64,000 nt of DNA, from contig JAZSBR010000017.1 of NCBI GenBank assembly GCA_045602545.1, forward strand, positions 2,675-66,674. Reading direction: 5' to 3'. The position numbers and the translations under genes were made by a program. The DNA is from Alphaproteobacteria bacterium (GTDB taxonomy: Bacteria > Pseudomonadota > Alphaproteobacteria > RF32 > CAG-239). The notes beneath the pieces are model-generated. The model was not told the DNA's origin and ran no database searches. It saw only the letters and a list, made by a program, of their open reading frames with translations. Shown here piece by piece: positions 10,645 through 20,170 of the stretch (its first letter is position 1; each line of letters opens with the position of its first letter).

Positions 10645-11436
10645 TTACTTTTTTACAAAAGCTCTATAAATGAGAAAAACACCTAAAATAAGTGCCGGAG
10701 CTGATAAAATTTGCCCCATTGTTGTGTTAAACCACAAAAAGCCGATTTGCGCATCAGGTTCGCGGAATTGTTCGCAAAAAGCTCTGAAACCGGCATAACA
10801 AAGCAAAAACAAAGCTGAAATAAAGCCTTGTCTTTCACGCATAAACTTAAAGCGCCAAGCAATGTTTAAGATAATAAACATCAATAAACCTTCCAAAAGC
10901 GCTTCATAAATCTGTGACGGATGTCGCGGAATATAGCCTCCGCGCGGAAAGCGTATTGCCCATGGCAAGTCGCTGGCTCGACCCCAAAGTTCGTCATTGG
11001 CAAAATTGGCCAAGCGACCTAAAAATATGCCGATTGGCACAACCGGAGAGATTGTATCCGTTAAGCGCAAAAAGCCGTATTTTATTTTGCGTGACACAAG
11101 CCATAAGGCAACTATCACTCCGATAATTCCACCATGAAAAGACATTCCCCCGTGCCAAATTTCAAATATTTCCAGAGGATTTTGCAAAAAATGTTCGCGT
11201 CCGTAAAACAAAATATATCCGATGCGACCGCCCAAAATTATGCCCAAGGTCATATAAAAGGCGATATCTTCCATATTTTGTTTTGTAAGCCCCAAATTGT
11301 ATTTTTTATTGCGCAGAGCCACCAGCCACCAACCGGCCAAAATGCCGATTAAATATGCCATGGAATACCATCTTAAGGCAAAAGGTCCGATTTCAAAAAT
11401 TATCGGTGAGATATCAGGATAAGCCAATCCGGTCAT
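10645..11436 (-). CDS. lgt: prolipoprotein diacylglyceryl transferase
   Basis: 263 aa. Motifs RWYSMAYLIGIL, HGGMSFHGG and GRLANFANDELWGR. Confidence 0.9.
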   Translation of the reverse strand: MTGLAYPDISPIIFEIGPFALRWYSMAYLIGILAGWWLVALRNKKYNLGLTKQNMEDIAFYMTLGIILGGRIGYILFYGREHFLQNPLEIFEIWHGGMSFHGGIIGVIVALWLVSRKIKYGFLRLTDTISPVVPIGIFLGRLANFANDELWGRASDLPWAIRFPRGGYIPRHPSQIYEALLEGLLMFIILNIAWRFKFMRERQGFISALFLLCYAGFRAFCEQFREPDAQIGFLWFNTTMGQILSAPALILGVFLIYRAFVKK

Positions 11437-11458
11437 TATTATTTCCTCACTTTATAAC

Positions 11459-13588
11459 TCAGATAATTTCAATCAGCGCGCGCTTCAGTTCATCAGCTTC
11501 AACAAGCTTATAATAAGCCTTGTTGGAAACATTTTGCGGAAAATATTCCATAATGTTCAGGGCATATATGTTTGCCTGTTGATTGATAAAATCTCGGCTT
11601 AAGTTTATGGCATCGGAATTTGATATCAAATATTCTTTATAATTTGAAATCGTATTTTTGGCATCGTTCACAAAACTGTTTTGCTGACCGAAAATTTTAG
11701 TAAATTCAAAAATTATAAAGACGGCGCCAATCAGTAAAATTGCGGTAATGTTTCCGATATAAATACTGCTGAACAACCAAATAAAAATCAGCGCAACAAT
11801 GGAAAAAACTTTCAAAATAAGACTGATTAAAAAGCGCTTAAATTTGTGTCTTAATATCCATACATAAAAACAAGCGAAGGTTGTTGTGAGCAACAAAATA
11901 ATGAAGCTTTGGGCAAAGTTCACGCTTATAACGGAGATTGAAATAATGGTTACCAGCAACATGGCAAGGCTGAAAATCAAATATCCGATATTATGACGCA
12001 ATTTATACTTATTTATCTGCTTTTTTGAGTGCTTTTCAAACACTTTTAAGGCTTTTTTTATTCTGACATTAAATGCTTGATTTATTTCAATGGCAGAAAG
12101 TTTGCCGAAGAGTCTTTTTAAGCCTCTTTTTTCTACTTTTGATAATTTTGCGCTTTTGATGTTTTTCTTTTCCAAAAAGACTCTGCCGTTGTCAGTTCTT
12201 ATGTTCAAGGCATCTTTGCGATATAACTCCAAGATTTGTGCAACAAAGGCAACACGGTCATATTTTCCGACCAGAATACTGCGCATAATTGAGCCGTTAT
12301 ATGATGGGTTATATTTGTTGTTACGCTGATTTCGCTTTAAGGTTAAAAGTGAAATAACAAAAGACAGGAAAATTACCGAAAGTCCGAGACCGGCATATAA
12401 GATTTTTCCCCAATCGGTAATAAAATGCGAGAAGTTTTTATCAAAATCTTTAATAAACAAATTTGAGTTCATAACTGCCAGAATATTCATATTTTCCATA
12501 TTCAAAACAGGGGTAACCGAGGAAACGGCCAGAACATTTTTTGCCATTAAAAATTGATTAACTCTCTCAGAGCTGTATTTACCGGCGCGACCGATAAAAG
12601 TTTTGGCATCTGAAAAAGTATGTCCCTCCGGAAGAGAAATTATGGCATTGGCTGAGGTAATAAAGGCATTAAGCGCACTGCCGGTTATGTTCCAATCAAG
12701 AAGCGTGAAATCGCCGTCCGGATGAAGTTTGTTATTCATCATATAGTTGAATTTATAGGTATAAACTCCCGGCTCAAGCTCCTGATTATACTGCGGTTTC
12801 ATAATAAGATCATTACCGATTTCTTCCAAAATGTATGGAACATTGGTGCCATTGACAGTTACCGAATTCAAAATCAATTCAACTTGATGACGTTTGCCTT
12901 TTGCATCATAAGCATATTTTGGGAAATAGCGCGGAAAACCGTATTTGAATTTCTTGCCGTCAGCCACAATGATAATGGTTTCTTCAATGGTTAAATAGCC
13001 GTTTGATTGAATATCAATATAGCTCAACAGATAAGGAATATGCTCATCAGTCGGTGCCAAAATTTTTCTACCGCTCGGTAACTGAACGGAAACGCTCGGA
13101 ATGCTTTCCTGTTGTGGCATTTGACGAGGGGCAAGGGTAAAGAATCTGGTTGCCGTCTCAGCTGTTTGGCTTTGCTCTTTTACCTCGCTTGACGGTTCAT
13201 TTGTTGCGTTTGATGATGTTTTGTCTTTGTGCAGTGCAGCAATTGCTTCATCATAAATTTTTTGAAAAGTTGTCTTTTTAGCTTCTTTTTGCTTTTCATA
13301 ATATTCAGGAGTATGCAATACCCCGATTGAAGAAGGTTTGGTAATATCAAAATTTTCGTCTTTTTCACTTCTGGCGGCATTTTCAAATCTTTGTTTGAAA
13401 AAGGCTTTTACTTCTTCCTGATTAGACGGATTAGGCAGACTTTCAGTCACAATAACATCAGCAGGCGATTTCATATCAGGCGCTTGTTTTACTTGCCCCG
13501 GATCCGCCAAAGAAACAACATCGGCATGCGCATTTTCAATAGTTAAAAAACCTAAAATGAAACATATTGTAAAAAAAAGTTTTTGCAT
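11459..13588 (-). CDS. large membrane protein, DUF2207-like
   Basis: Signal peptide; extracytoplasmic domain with YIDIQSNGYLTIEETIIIVADG..GFPRYFP pattern; several C-terminal TM helices. The family call is from memory only. Confidence 0.5.
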   Translation of the reverse strand: MQKLFFTICFILGFLTIENAHADVVSLADPGQVKQAPDMKSPADVIVTESLPNPSNQEEVKAFFKQRFENAARSEKDENFDITKPSSIGVLHTPEYYEKQKEAKKTTFQKIYDEAIAALHKDKTSSNATNEPSSEVKEQSQTAETATRFFTLAPRQMPQQESIPSVSVQLPSGRKILAPTDEHIPYLLSYIDIQSNGYLTIEETIIIVADGKKFKYGFPRYFPKYAYDAKGKRHQVELILNSVTVNGTNVPYILEEIGNDLIMKPQYNQELEPGVYTYKFNYMMNNKLHPDGDFTLLDWNITGSALNAFITSANAIISLPEGHTFSDAKTFIGRAGKYSSERVNQFLMAKNVLAVSSVTPVLNMENMNILAVMNSNLFIKDFDKNFSHFITDWGKILYAGLGLSVIFLSFVISLLTLKRNQRNNKYNPSYNGSIMRSILVGKYDRVAFVAQILELYRKDALNIRTDNGRVFLEKKNIKSAKLSKVEKRGLKRLFGKLSAIEINQAFNVRIKKALKVFEKHSKKQINKYKLRHNIGYLIFSLAMLLVTIISISVISVNFAQSFIILLLTTTFACFYVWILRHKFKRFLISLILKVFSIVALIFIWLFSSIYIGNITAILLIGAVFIIFEFTKIFGQQNSFVNDAKNTISNYKEYLISNSDAINLSRDFINQQANIYALNIMEYFPQNVSNKAYYKLVEADELKRALIEII

Positions 13589-13675
13589 AAAAAGCCCCTA
13601 AGTCTTTACTAATAAATTACAATCTGATTATATATAACAACAAAAACTAAAAATTTCGTAAAGGGAGATAATAAA

Positions 13676-14404
13676 ATGGAAAACAAAATCGCCGCAATTA
13701 TTTTGGGTGCCGGTAAAGGTACCAGAATGAAATCCGACAAGCCGAAAGTTTTGATGCCGGTTTGCGGAAAGCCTATGATAAATCACATTATTGACACTTT
13801 GAAAACAATTCCGGTTGATGATATTGTCACGGTTATTTCTCCCGAAGGTGAAGATGTTAAAAAGGCTGTTGCACCATATAGAACATGTGTGCAGGAAGCT
13901 CAACTCGGCACAGGGCATGCCGTTAATTGTGCGCGCGATTTGTTAAAAGATTTCAAAGGAACAGTCTTGGTTGTCTTCGGAGATACTCCGCTCATCAGTA
14001 AAAAAACTTTTCTTAATTCCGTTAATAAGGTTAAAGATGGCTTTGCCGTTGTAGTTTTGGGTTTTCGTCCCGATGATCCGGCGCGTTACGGTCGTCTTGT
14101 TATGAAAGGCGGAGAGCTTGACCGCATTGTGGAATTTAAAGATGCAACCGAGGAAGAAAAGAAAATTAACTTCTGTAATTCGGGCTTTATGGCGTTTGAC
14201 GGCAGATATCTTTTTGAAATTTTAAGCCATATCGGCAATAAAAATGCTGCCGGAGAATTTTATTTGACCGATGCGGTTGAAGAGGCGCAAAAAATGGGTT
14301 TGAAATGCACTGCGGTTGAGGGAAAAACCGAAGAAGTTGCCAGCGCAAACACCTTAGAAGAGCTGGCGGAGTTGGATAAATATTATGAAAATTCACACAA
14401 TTGA
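13676..14404 (+). CDS. GlmU-like sugar-1-phosphate nucleotidyltransferase (N-terminal domain only)
   Basis: AAIILGAGKGTRMKSDKPKVL..GTGHAV..FGDTPLI..FYLTD. The ORF stops after the linker helix, with no LbH acetyltransferase repeats. Confidence 0.7.
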   Translation: MENKIAAIILGAGKGTRMKSDKPKVLMPVCGKPMINHIIDTLKTIPVDDIVTVISPEGEDVKKAVAPYRTCVQEAQLGTGHAVNCARDLLKDFKGTVLVVFGDTPLISKKTFLNSVNKVKDGFAVVVLGFRPDDPARYGRLVMKGGELDRIVEFKDATEEEKKINFCNSGFMAFDGRYLFEILSHIGNKNAAGEFYLTDAVEEAQKMGLKCTAVEGKTEEVASANTLEELAELDKYYENSHN

Positions 14405-15086
14405 TAAAATTTTCAAATTTGTTTATGTTTTTTCTTTAGTGCTTATTGTCAGCTTTGTGCTTTATATGATGACAGTGCTGATAATTTCGCCGAAAAATGA
14501 CTTAAAACAACGCGGATTTATTGCCTGCACACGTGAACTTGTTTTGAAACTCGGCGAGTGTGAAAGCGGGCAGATAGGTTGCGTTTTCACATCGTTTTAT
14601 AAAGATGTTGCATGCAATTCCGGTATAATTTCAAAAGGTTTTACCGATTGGCTGAAAGGAAAGCAATCAACGCCATGGGCAAATTATATTTTTGAGCCTG
14701 AGTGGCAGGAAGAAAGCGAAAATCCGTATCTCGGAAATCCTGAAACAGATATGGAAAATATGGCTTTTGATCGTGAGTTTATGCGCCAAAAAGAACAAGA
14801 ACTTGAAAATATCAAAAATCGCGCTCTTAAAGCAGATGAAACAGTGATTATATCTGATCCGGAAACGGAAATTGAGCCTGACGGCGAAGAAAAAACCGAG
14901 CCGGAAACGATTGAAAAAACAGAGCAAAATATTGATGATGAAGCCTTAATCGGTGAAATAAACATCGGTGATGTTTCACAAGAAAAAATTGAAAAATTGC
15001 CACCGCAAAAAATCAAAAATGACAGTGATAAAATTGCTCAAAAGGCGAAAAATGAGGTTTTGAAAAAGGAGAATAAAAATGAATAA
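14385..15086 (+). CDS. membrane-anchored acidic protein, unknown function
   Basis: Single N-terminal TM (VYVFSLVLIVSFVLYMMTVLII) and an E/D/K-rich tail. Overlaps both neighbours, suggesting translational coupling. Confidence 0.5.
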   Translation: MKIHTIDKIFKFVYVFSLVLIVSFVLYMMTVLIISPKNDLKQRGFIACTRELVLKLGECESGQIGCVFTSFYKDVACNSGIISKGFTDWLKGKQSTPWANYIFEPEWQEESENPYLGNPETDMENMAFDREFMRQKEQELENIKNRALKADETVIISDPETEIEPDGEEKTEPETIEKTEQNIDDEALIGEINIGDVSQEKIEKLPPQKIKNDSDKIAQKAKNEVLKKENKNE

Positions 15087-16866
15087 AATGCCGGCCTGGG
15101 ATTTATCTGATTTTTATAAAAGTATTGAAGATGAACAAATTCAAAAGGATTTGGATTTTTATCAAAAATCGGCGCAAAATTTTGCCGATAAATATAAAGG
15201 AAAGCTAGCCGTTCTTTCGGCTGAAGAATTCTTGGAAGCGATAAAAGACATTGAACAACGCTCAAAAACGGCTTCAAAACTCGGCGGATTTGCCTATTTG
15301 AATATGGTCACGCAGATGAAAAATGTTGAGGCGGTAGCGTTTTATCAGGGCATAGAAGAAAAATTGACTGAATATGCCAAACCGCTTGTGTTTTTCAGCA
15401 TTGAGTTCAATCAGTTGCCGAAAGAAAAAATTGATGAGTGGCTCAAAAATAAGGACGTTAATTTTTATCGTTATTGGATTAAGCGTTTGCGCAAACTCAA
15501 AGATTATGAACTATCCGAGCCGGTGGAAGAAGTGCTTTTGGAAAAATCGCTTACTTCCGGTGATGCTTGGGTTCGCTTGTATGAAGAAACATCTTCGCGC
15601 CTTGTTTATGAAGTTGACGGCAAAAAATATAATGACGCTGAAATCTCAAAATTGTTATTGGATAAAAATCCTGAAGTTCGCGCCAAAGCAGGTGCCGAAA
15701 CAAATCGTGTATTAAAAGAAAACGCCCACCTTATCACATTTATTTATAATATGGTGATGAAAGATAAGGCTATTGAAGACGAGAAGCGCGGGTTTAAAAC
15801 ACCGGTTTCTTCGCGAAATCTGAGTGAAGATGTGAGTGATGAGGCGGTGGAAGTTTTGGCGCAAACGGTGAAAAAGCACTATAAAGATATTGCACATCGT
15901 TTTTATAAGCTAAAAGCTAAGTGGCTCGGGGTTGATAAAATCAGTTATTGGGACAGAAACGCTCCGTTGCCGTTTTCAAAAGATGTGAACTACACTTGGG
16001 ACGAGGCGGTTAAAATTGTTTTGGACGCCTATAAGGAATTTTCGCCGAAACTTTATAATATAGCCAAAGACTTTTTTGATAATAATTGGATTGATGTCCC
16101 TCCGCGTGACGGCAAGAGAAGCGGTGCTTTTTGCAGTGGTCCTTTGGCAACCATGCATCCGTATTTAATGCTGAACTTTGTCGGCAAGCAAAATGATGTT
16201 TTGACTCTTGCGCATGAGCTTGGTCACGGCTGTCATCATCAGTTAAGAATTAAAAACGGCGAACTCAATGAGCATTCACGCATGACCTCGGAAGAAGTTG
16301 CTTCTGTTTTCGGTGAGATGATGGTGTTTCAATCAATGCTGAAAAATACGAGCGATGACAAGGCAAAACTTTGTTTAATTGCCTCAAAAGTCGGCGATAT
16401 GATAAACACGGCGATTCGTCAAATTGCCTTTCACTTTTTTGAGCTTCGCGCGCATAATGAGCGCAAAAACGGCGAAGTTTCCGAAGAGCGCTTGTGTCAG
16501 ATTTGGCTTGAAGAAATGCGCGACAGTTTGGGCGAATATGTTGAAGTATCCGATAAAGATTGTGACCACGTGTGGGAAATGGTCGGTCACTTTTTCTTTT
16601 TGCCGTTTTATGTTTATGCATATTCGTTTGCCGATTGCTTTGTTAACTCGCTTTATAAGGTAAGTCAAAACGGAAAGGTGGAAAATTTTGCCGATAAATA
16701 TTTGGATATGCTCTCTTTGACGGCTTTGGAAGATTATGACAAGATTTTGGCTCCGTTCGGCTTAAATCCGAACACAGCAGATTTTTGGGAATACGGGCTT
16801 GATTTGATTTCTTCCTATATTGATATTTTGGAAGAGTTGGATAAAAAAGTCAGCACAAAAAGCTAA
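15079..16866 (+). CDS. pepF: oligoendopeptidase F (M3B metallopeptidase)
   Basis: 595 aa. HELGHGCHH zinc motif and a typical PepF N-terminus (WDLSDFY). Confidence 0.85.
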   Translation: MNKMPAWDLSDFYKSIEDEQIQKDLDFYQKSAQNFADKYKGKLAVLSAEEFLEAIKDIEQRSKTASKLGGFAYLNMVTQMKNVEAVAFYQGIEEKLTEYAKPLVFFSIEFNQLPKEKIDEWLKNKDVNFYRYWIKRLRKLKDYELSEPVEEVLLEKSLTSGDAWVRLYEETSSRLVYEVDGKKYNDAEISKLLLDKNPEVRAKAGAETNRVLKENAHLITFIYNMVMKDKAIEDEKRGFKTPVSSRNLSEDVSDEAVEVLAQTVKKHYKDIAHRFYKLKAKWLGVDKISYWDRNAPLPFSKDVNYTWDEAVKIVLDAYKEFSPKLYNIAKDFFDNNWIDVPPRDGKRSGAFCSGPLATMHPYLMLNFVGKQNDVLTLAHELGHGCHHQLRIKNGELNEHSRMTSEEVASVFGEMMVFQSMLKNTSDDKAKLCLIASKVGDMINTAIRQIAFHFFELRAHNERKNGEVSEERLCQIWLEEMRDSLGEYVEVSDKDCDHVWEMVGHFFFLPFYVYAYSFADCFVNSLYKVSQNGKVENFADKYLDMLSLTALEDYDKILAPFGLNPNTADFWEYGLDLISSYIDILEELDKKVSTKS

Positions 16867-16871
16867 AGTAC

Positions 16872-16932
16872 TGTCATTATGCGGAAGAGCATTCTTTAGA
16901 ATGTTATGTGGTAATTTCATAAAACAAGTGAC
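16872..16932 (-). pseudogene. relic of a family-gene 5' end (signal-peptide region)
   Basis: About 60 nt at roughly 80% identity to 44802-44857, same strand. Both read ..VTCFMKL.. on the minus strand. This copy has no downstream gene body. Confidence 0.5.
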
Positions 16933-17094
16933 TCGGCGAAGCCACAAAAAAAGAAAAGTCATCCCTAAAAATTTTCTTGAAAATTTTTTCAAGGGATCTT
17001 CAAATTAAATTTTACTTATATATCAAATAATGTTTTGTACCTAAACTTCATTAATATCTGTTACAAGTAACATATGCAATAAATTAATCCAACA

Positions 17095-17190
17095 TTAAAG
17101 GACTTTGCTATTGCAAAGTCCTTTAATGCCCGCCTTAAGGCGGAGGCATCGTAAGCTTTTGATACACTCAAAAGCTTACGATGTACGATG
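17095..17190. repeat. three consecutive perfect hairpins downstream of the 680-aa gene
   Basis: Stems: attaaaggactttgc/gcaaagtcctttaat; ccgcc/ggcgg; catcgtaagctttt/aaaagcttacgatg. None is followed by a clear U-run. Confidence 0.6.
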
Positions 17191-17204
17191 ATTTATTAGT
17201 GCAA

Positions 17205-19247
17205 TCACTTTTTGAATGTCAATATAACAAAGTTGTTATCATCATTCAATAAAGGCGCCGCCTCGGCGGGAGTATATTGAATGCGGTTGCAAAATCCACC
17301 CATATCCTTATAGCCGGCACCGCAACCATTGGCAGAACTTATGCAAACTCCGTCTTTGCCTAAATAGCCATCTCCGCAACCCTTGGATTCACTAACACAA
17401 AGATTATCTTTTAAGTAGAAGCCTACATCACAGCCTTCGCCGTCTTCTCTGGCAACACATTCATCTCCGACTTGTTTTTCCCCATAACCGCAACCAAGAT
17501 CTGCAGGGAAACAGGAAGGATAACCTTTGTTATTGGTTCCAATTAAATACCCATCATCACATTCGGAAACACATTTTCCTTGTTGTACATAAAAACCTTT
17601 TTGACATCTGTAACATTCACCATAATTATTCAATAAACAATTTTTTGGCACACACATTCCTTTTTCATAGACAATTTTTTTTGTTTCACCTTCTTCACAT
17701 TCCTCAACACACTTACCTTCCCTCATGTAGGTATTATTTTTACAACCAAAACAAACACCATATGATGCATTACAATTTTTTGGGCGACACATCGAGTTAC
17801 CTATGTCGTCATCATATCCTTCAGGACATGGTTGATCAGAAGGAATACATTCATAACCTGTATTCTTATACCCTTTTTCACATCTTTGACAAACCGTATC
17901 TTGTCCATATAACGTATTCATTCTATAGCAATGCTCTATTTCAATTGGTTGACAGGTACCATTATCATTAGGAGCATAACCATCTTTGCATTCTATGCAA
18001 CGATTACCATTATTTGCACAATGAGCACAATTATCATCATCACAAACAAAACAATTTCCTGAACCACTTCCACCATATCCCTCTTGGCAATTTTCGCATC
18101 TGGCATAATTACTATAGCAAGTCAGACATCCATCGATGGCACATTTGATACACTCTCCATTTTCATTTTTTCCATAACCGGTTTGACAAGATGAACAAAT
18201 ATTTACGTCTGATGTACAATTCGAACAGTTTTCAATAGCACAAGCCTGACAAGAACCATTAACTAATCTAAAACCTGTCTTACAGGTACGACAGGATGTG
18301 TAATTAGATCCACCGCAATCTGAACAATTAGAGTCGGCACAAGCTATGCATTCTTTATTCCCTTCAGAATTTTTTATTCCTAAACCTGTTTTACATTGTG
18401 TGCATGATTTATAATTTGCAGTGCAAAAATTACACCCATCAATAGCACATTTAACACACTCTCCATTTTCATTTTTTCCATATCCAGGGTACTGACATTG
18501 ATTACATATCCGATAATTTGTATTACAATCACTACAATTTTTATTAGAACATTTTTTACAATTATTATTTTCATCTAATCCATAGCCCTCAACACATTTT
18601 GCACATTTACCATTTATTCCACAACTTGTACAATTATCCTGACATTTATCTCTATCTAATTCCAATGAACATTCTCCGTTAATTAAAATATACCCACTCG
18701 TACAGCCTGTACATTTACCTGTTGTTGCATTATACCATGAGCAACCTTCAGGATTTTGTTTACAATTTCCATTTTCCACATAATACCCGCTATTACAACC
18801 CCCGCATTTGCCTTCATTCACATTGTACCATGAACAATTTTCCGGATTTTGTTTACAAACTCCATTTTCCATATAATATCCGCTGTCGCACCACGCACAA
18901 TTACCGCTAACACCGCAAGCACTGCAATTTTCCGGACAAGTATCAGAATCAGCCTCTTCCTCACATCTTCCATTAACTGTTATCATATCATCATAGCAAC
19001 CATCACATTGCTTATAATTATCTTCACAGTCTTCGCAATTTGAATCTTCACACCGCACACAAACACCATTTTCATTGTGCCCATATCCATTGTCGGCACA
19101 ATCGTCACAATATCCGGTTTCTTGGTCACACGAATCTTCACTATAACACATTGAATTTCCGCCGCATAAATATTCATTATACTCCCAAGCATAACTTTGT
19201 TTGAACCCTAAAATTATCATAACTAAACTAAAAACAATCTTTTTCAT
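17205..19247 (-). CDS. secreted cysteine-rich (CXXC / furin- or VSP-like repeat) protein with family C-terminal tag
   Basis: Signal peptide MKKIVFSLVMIILGFKQSYA. Dozens of C-x2-C modules with internal duplicates (GYGKNENGEC(V/I)KCAIDGC twice). Ends ..CNRIQYTPAEAAPLLNDDNNFVILTFKK. Preceded by leader copy 2. Confidence 0.85.
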   Translation of the reverse strand: MKKIVFSLVMIILGFKQSYAWEYNEYLCGGNSMCYSEDSCDQETGYCDDCADNGYGHNENGVCVRCEDSNCEDCEDNYKQCDGCYDDMITVNGRCEEEADSDTCPENCSACGVSGNCAWCDSGYYMENGVCKQNPENCSWYNVNEGKCGGCNSGYYVENGNCKQNPEGCSWYNATTGKCTGCTSGYILINGECSLELDRDKCQDNCTSCGINGKCAKCVEGYGLDENNNCKKCSNKNCSDCNTNYRICNQCQYPGYGKNENGECVKCAIDGCNFCTANYKSCTQCKTGLGIKNSEGNKECIACADSNCSDCGGSNYTSCRTCKTGFRLVNGSCQACAIENCSNCTSDVNICSSCQTGYGKNENGECIKCAIDGCLTCYSNYARCENCQEGYGGSGSGNCFVCDDDNCAHCANNGNRCIECKDGYAPNDNGTCQPIEIEHCYRMNTLYGQDTVCQRCEKGYKNTGYECIPSDQPCPEGYDDDIGNSMCRPKNCNASYGVCFGCKNNTYMREGKCVEECEEGETKKIVYEKGMCVPKNCLLNNYGECYRCQKGFYVQQGKCVSECDDGYLIGTNNKGYPSCFPADLGCGYGEKQVGDECVAREDGEGCDVGFYLKDNLCVSESKGCGDGYLGKDGVCISSANGCGAGYKDMGGFCNRIQYTPAEAAPLLNDDNNFVILTFKK

Positions 19248-19284
19248 CTTTTACTTCCTTTTCTAAAATTATTCCCATTTGCAT

Positions 19285-19515
19285 AAAAGAAAATCGCCAC
19301 ATAAAGGGGCGACTGGAAGCTCGAAACTATTACTTGGTCAGATAGTATGATTTATTCGTAAAGCCATGCTTTCTTATCTCATCACCTTCCAGCCATACAT
19401 GTATGACTGAAAACAAACTATCCTTTTATGAAAGGACAACCAAGTAAGAGGTTTCGATACCTCCGAGCCTTTTATGCTCACTCTTTATACTAGCGGAAAA
19501 AATAAAATTTGTAAA
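19285..19515 (-). promoter_or_regulatory. family promoter + structured leader RNA + terminator, copy 2
   Basis: -35 TTTACA (19510-19515), 17 nt, -10 TAGTAT (19487-19492). RNA 5' end near 19479. Terminator agtcgcc/ggcgatt plus U-run at 19285-19313. Confidence 0.75.
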
Positions 19516-19524
19516 GCAAAAAAT

Positions 19525-20106
19525 CTAAAAAGAGGTTTCTTCGTCCTCAATTTCATATTTCAACACATCGCAAGCTACGTCATAATCAAATCCGGCGCGA
19601 ACCAAAGCTCCCATATCTTTTTGATAAAACTCACGGCGGGCTTCCTTTTGGCGATATGGTCCGATTTTTTTCTTTTTTGCCAACTTCAAAGCCATTTGAA
19701 AAACATCATATTCCTGCTCTTGCAAAATTTCTTCAATAATCTGCTCGGATATGCCTTTTTGCTTTAATTTCGGCTTGATATAGCGCTCCGGCTTTCCGGC
19801 ACTTAAATAGGCGCGGATTTTTATCTCGGCAAATCGGCGGTCGTCCAAATAGTGCAGGCGCTCAAAATCAGCTAAAATCTGCTCTGTCCATTCATAGGCC
19901 TGATGCTTATCAAAATCAGGATTCTCTTTTGCATAGGCATTGATACGTTTTTGCAAAACTTGGCGCAAATTTTCAACCGATGATTCAAAGCGCTTCAGAT
20001 AATAAAGTGCGATGTTTTTCAAACGTTGCGGTGTGATTTTTTTCTGCGGTTTTCGCTTGTATGCGCCGGTTTTTTCCTCATTTTGATGATTTAATTCATT
20101 AAACAC
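19525..20106 (-). CDS. recX: RecX family regulator
   Basis: 193 aa with a three-fold helical repeat pattern (ALYYLKRFESSVENLRQ..., RFAEIKIRAYLSAGK.., KLKQKGIS). Confidence 0.7.
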   Translation of the reverse strand: MFNELNHQNEEKTGAYKRKPQKKITPQRLKNIALYYLKRFESSVENLRQVLQKRINAYAKENPDFDKHQAYEWTEQILADFERLHYLDDRRFAEIKIRAYLSAGKPERYIKPKLKQKGISEQIIEEILQEQEYDVFQMALKLAKKKKIGPYRQKEARREFYQKDMGALVRAGFDYDVACDVLKYEIEDEETSF

Positions 20107-20170
20107 TTGAAAATTCCTTCAAATCAGCCTAAGTTCTGTTTTATATTTACAGAAAAGAGGTTTTTAAATT

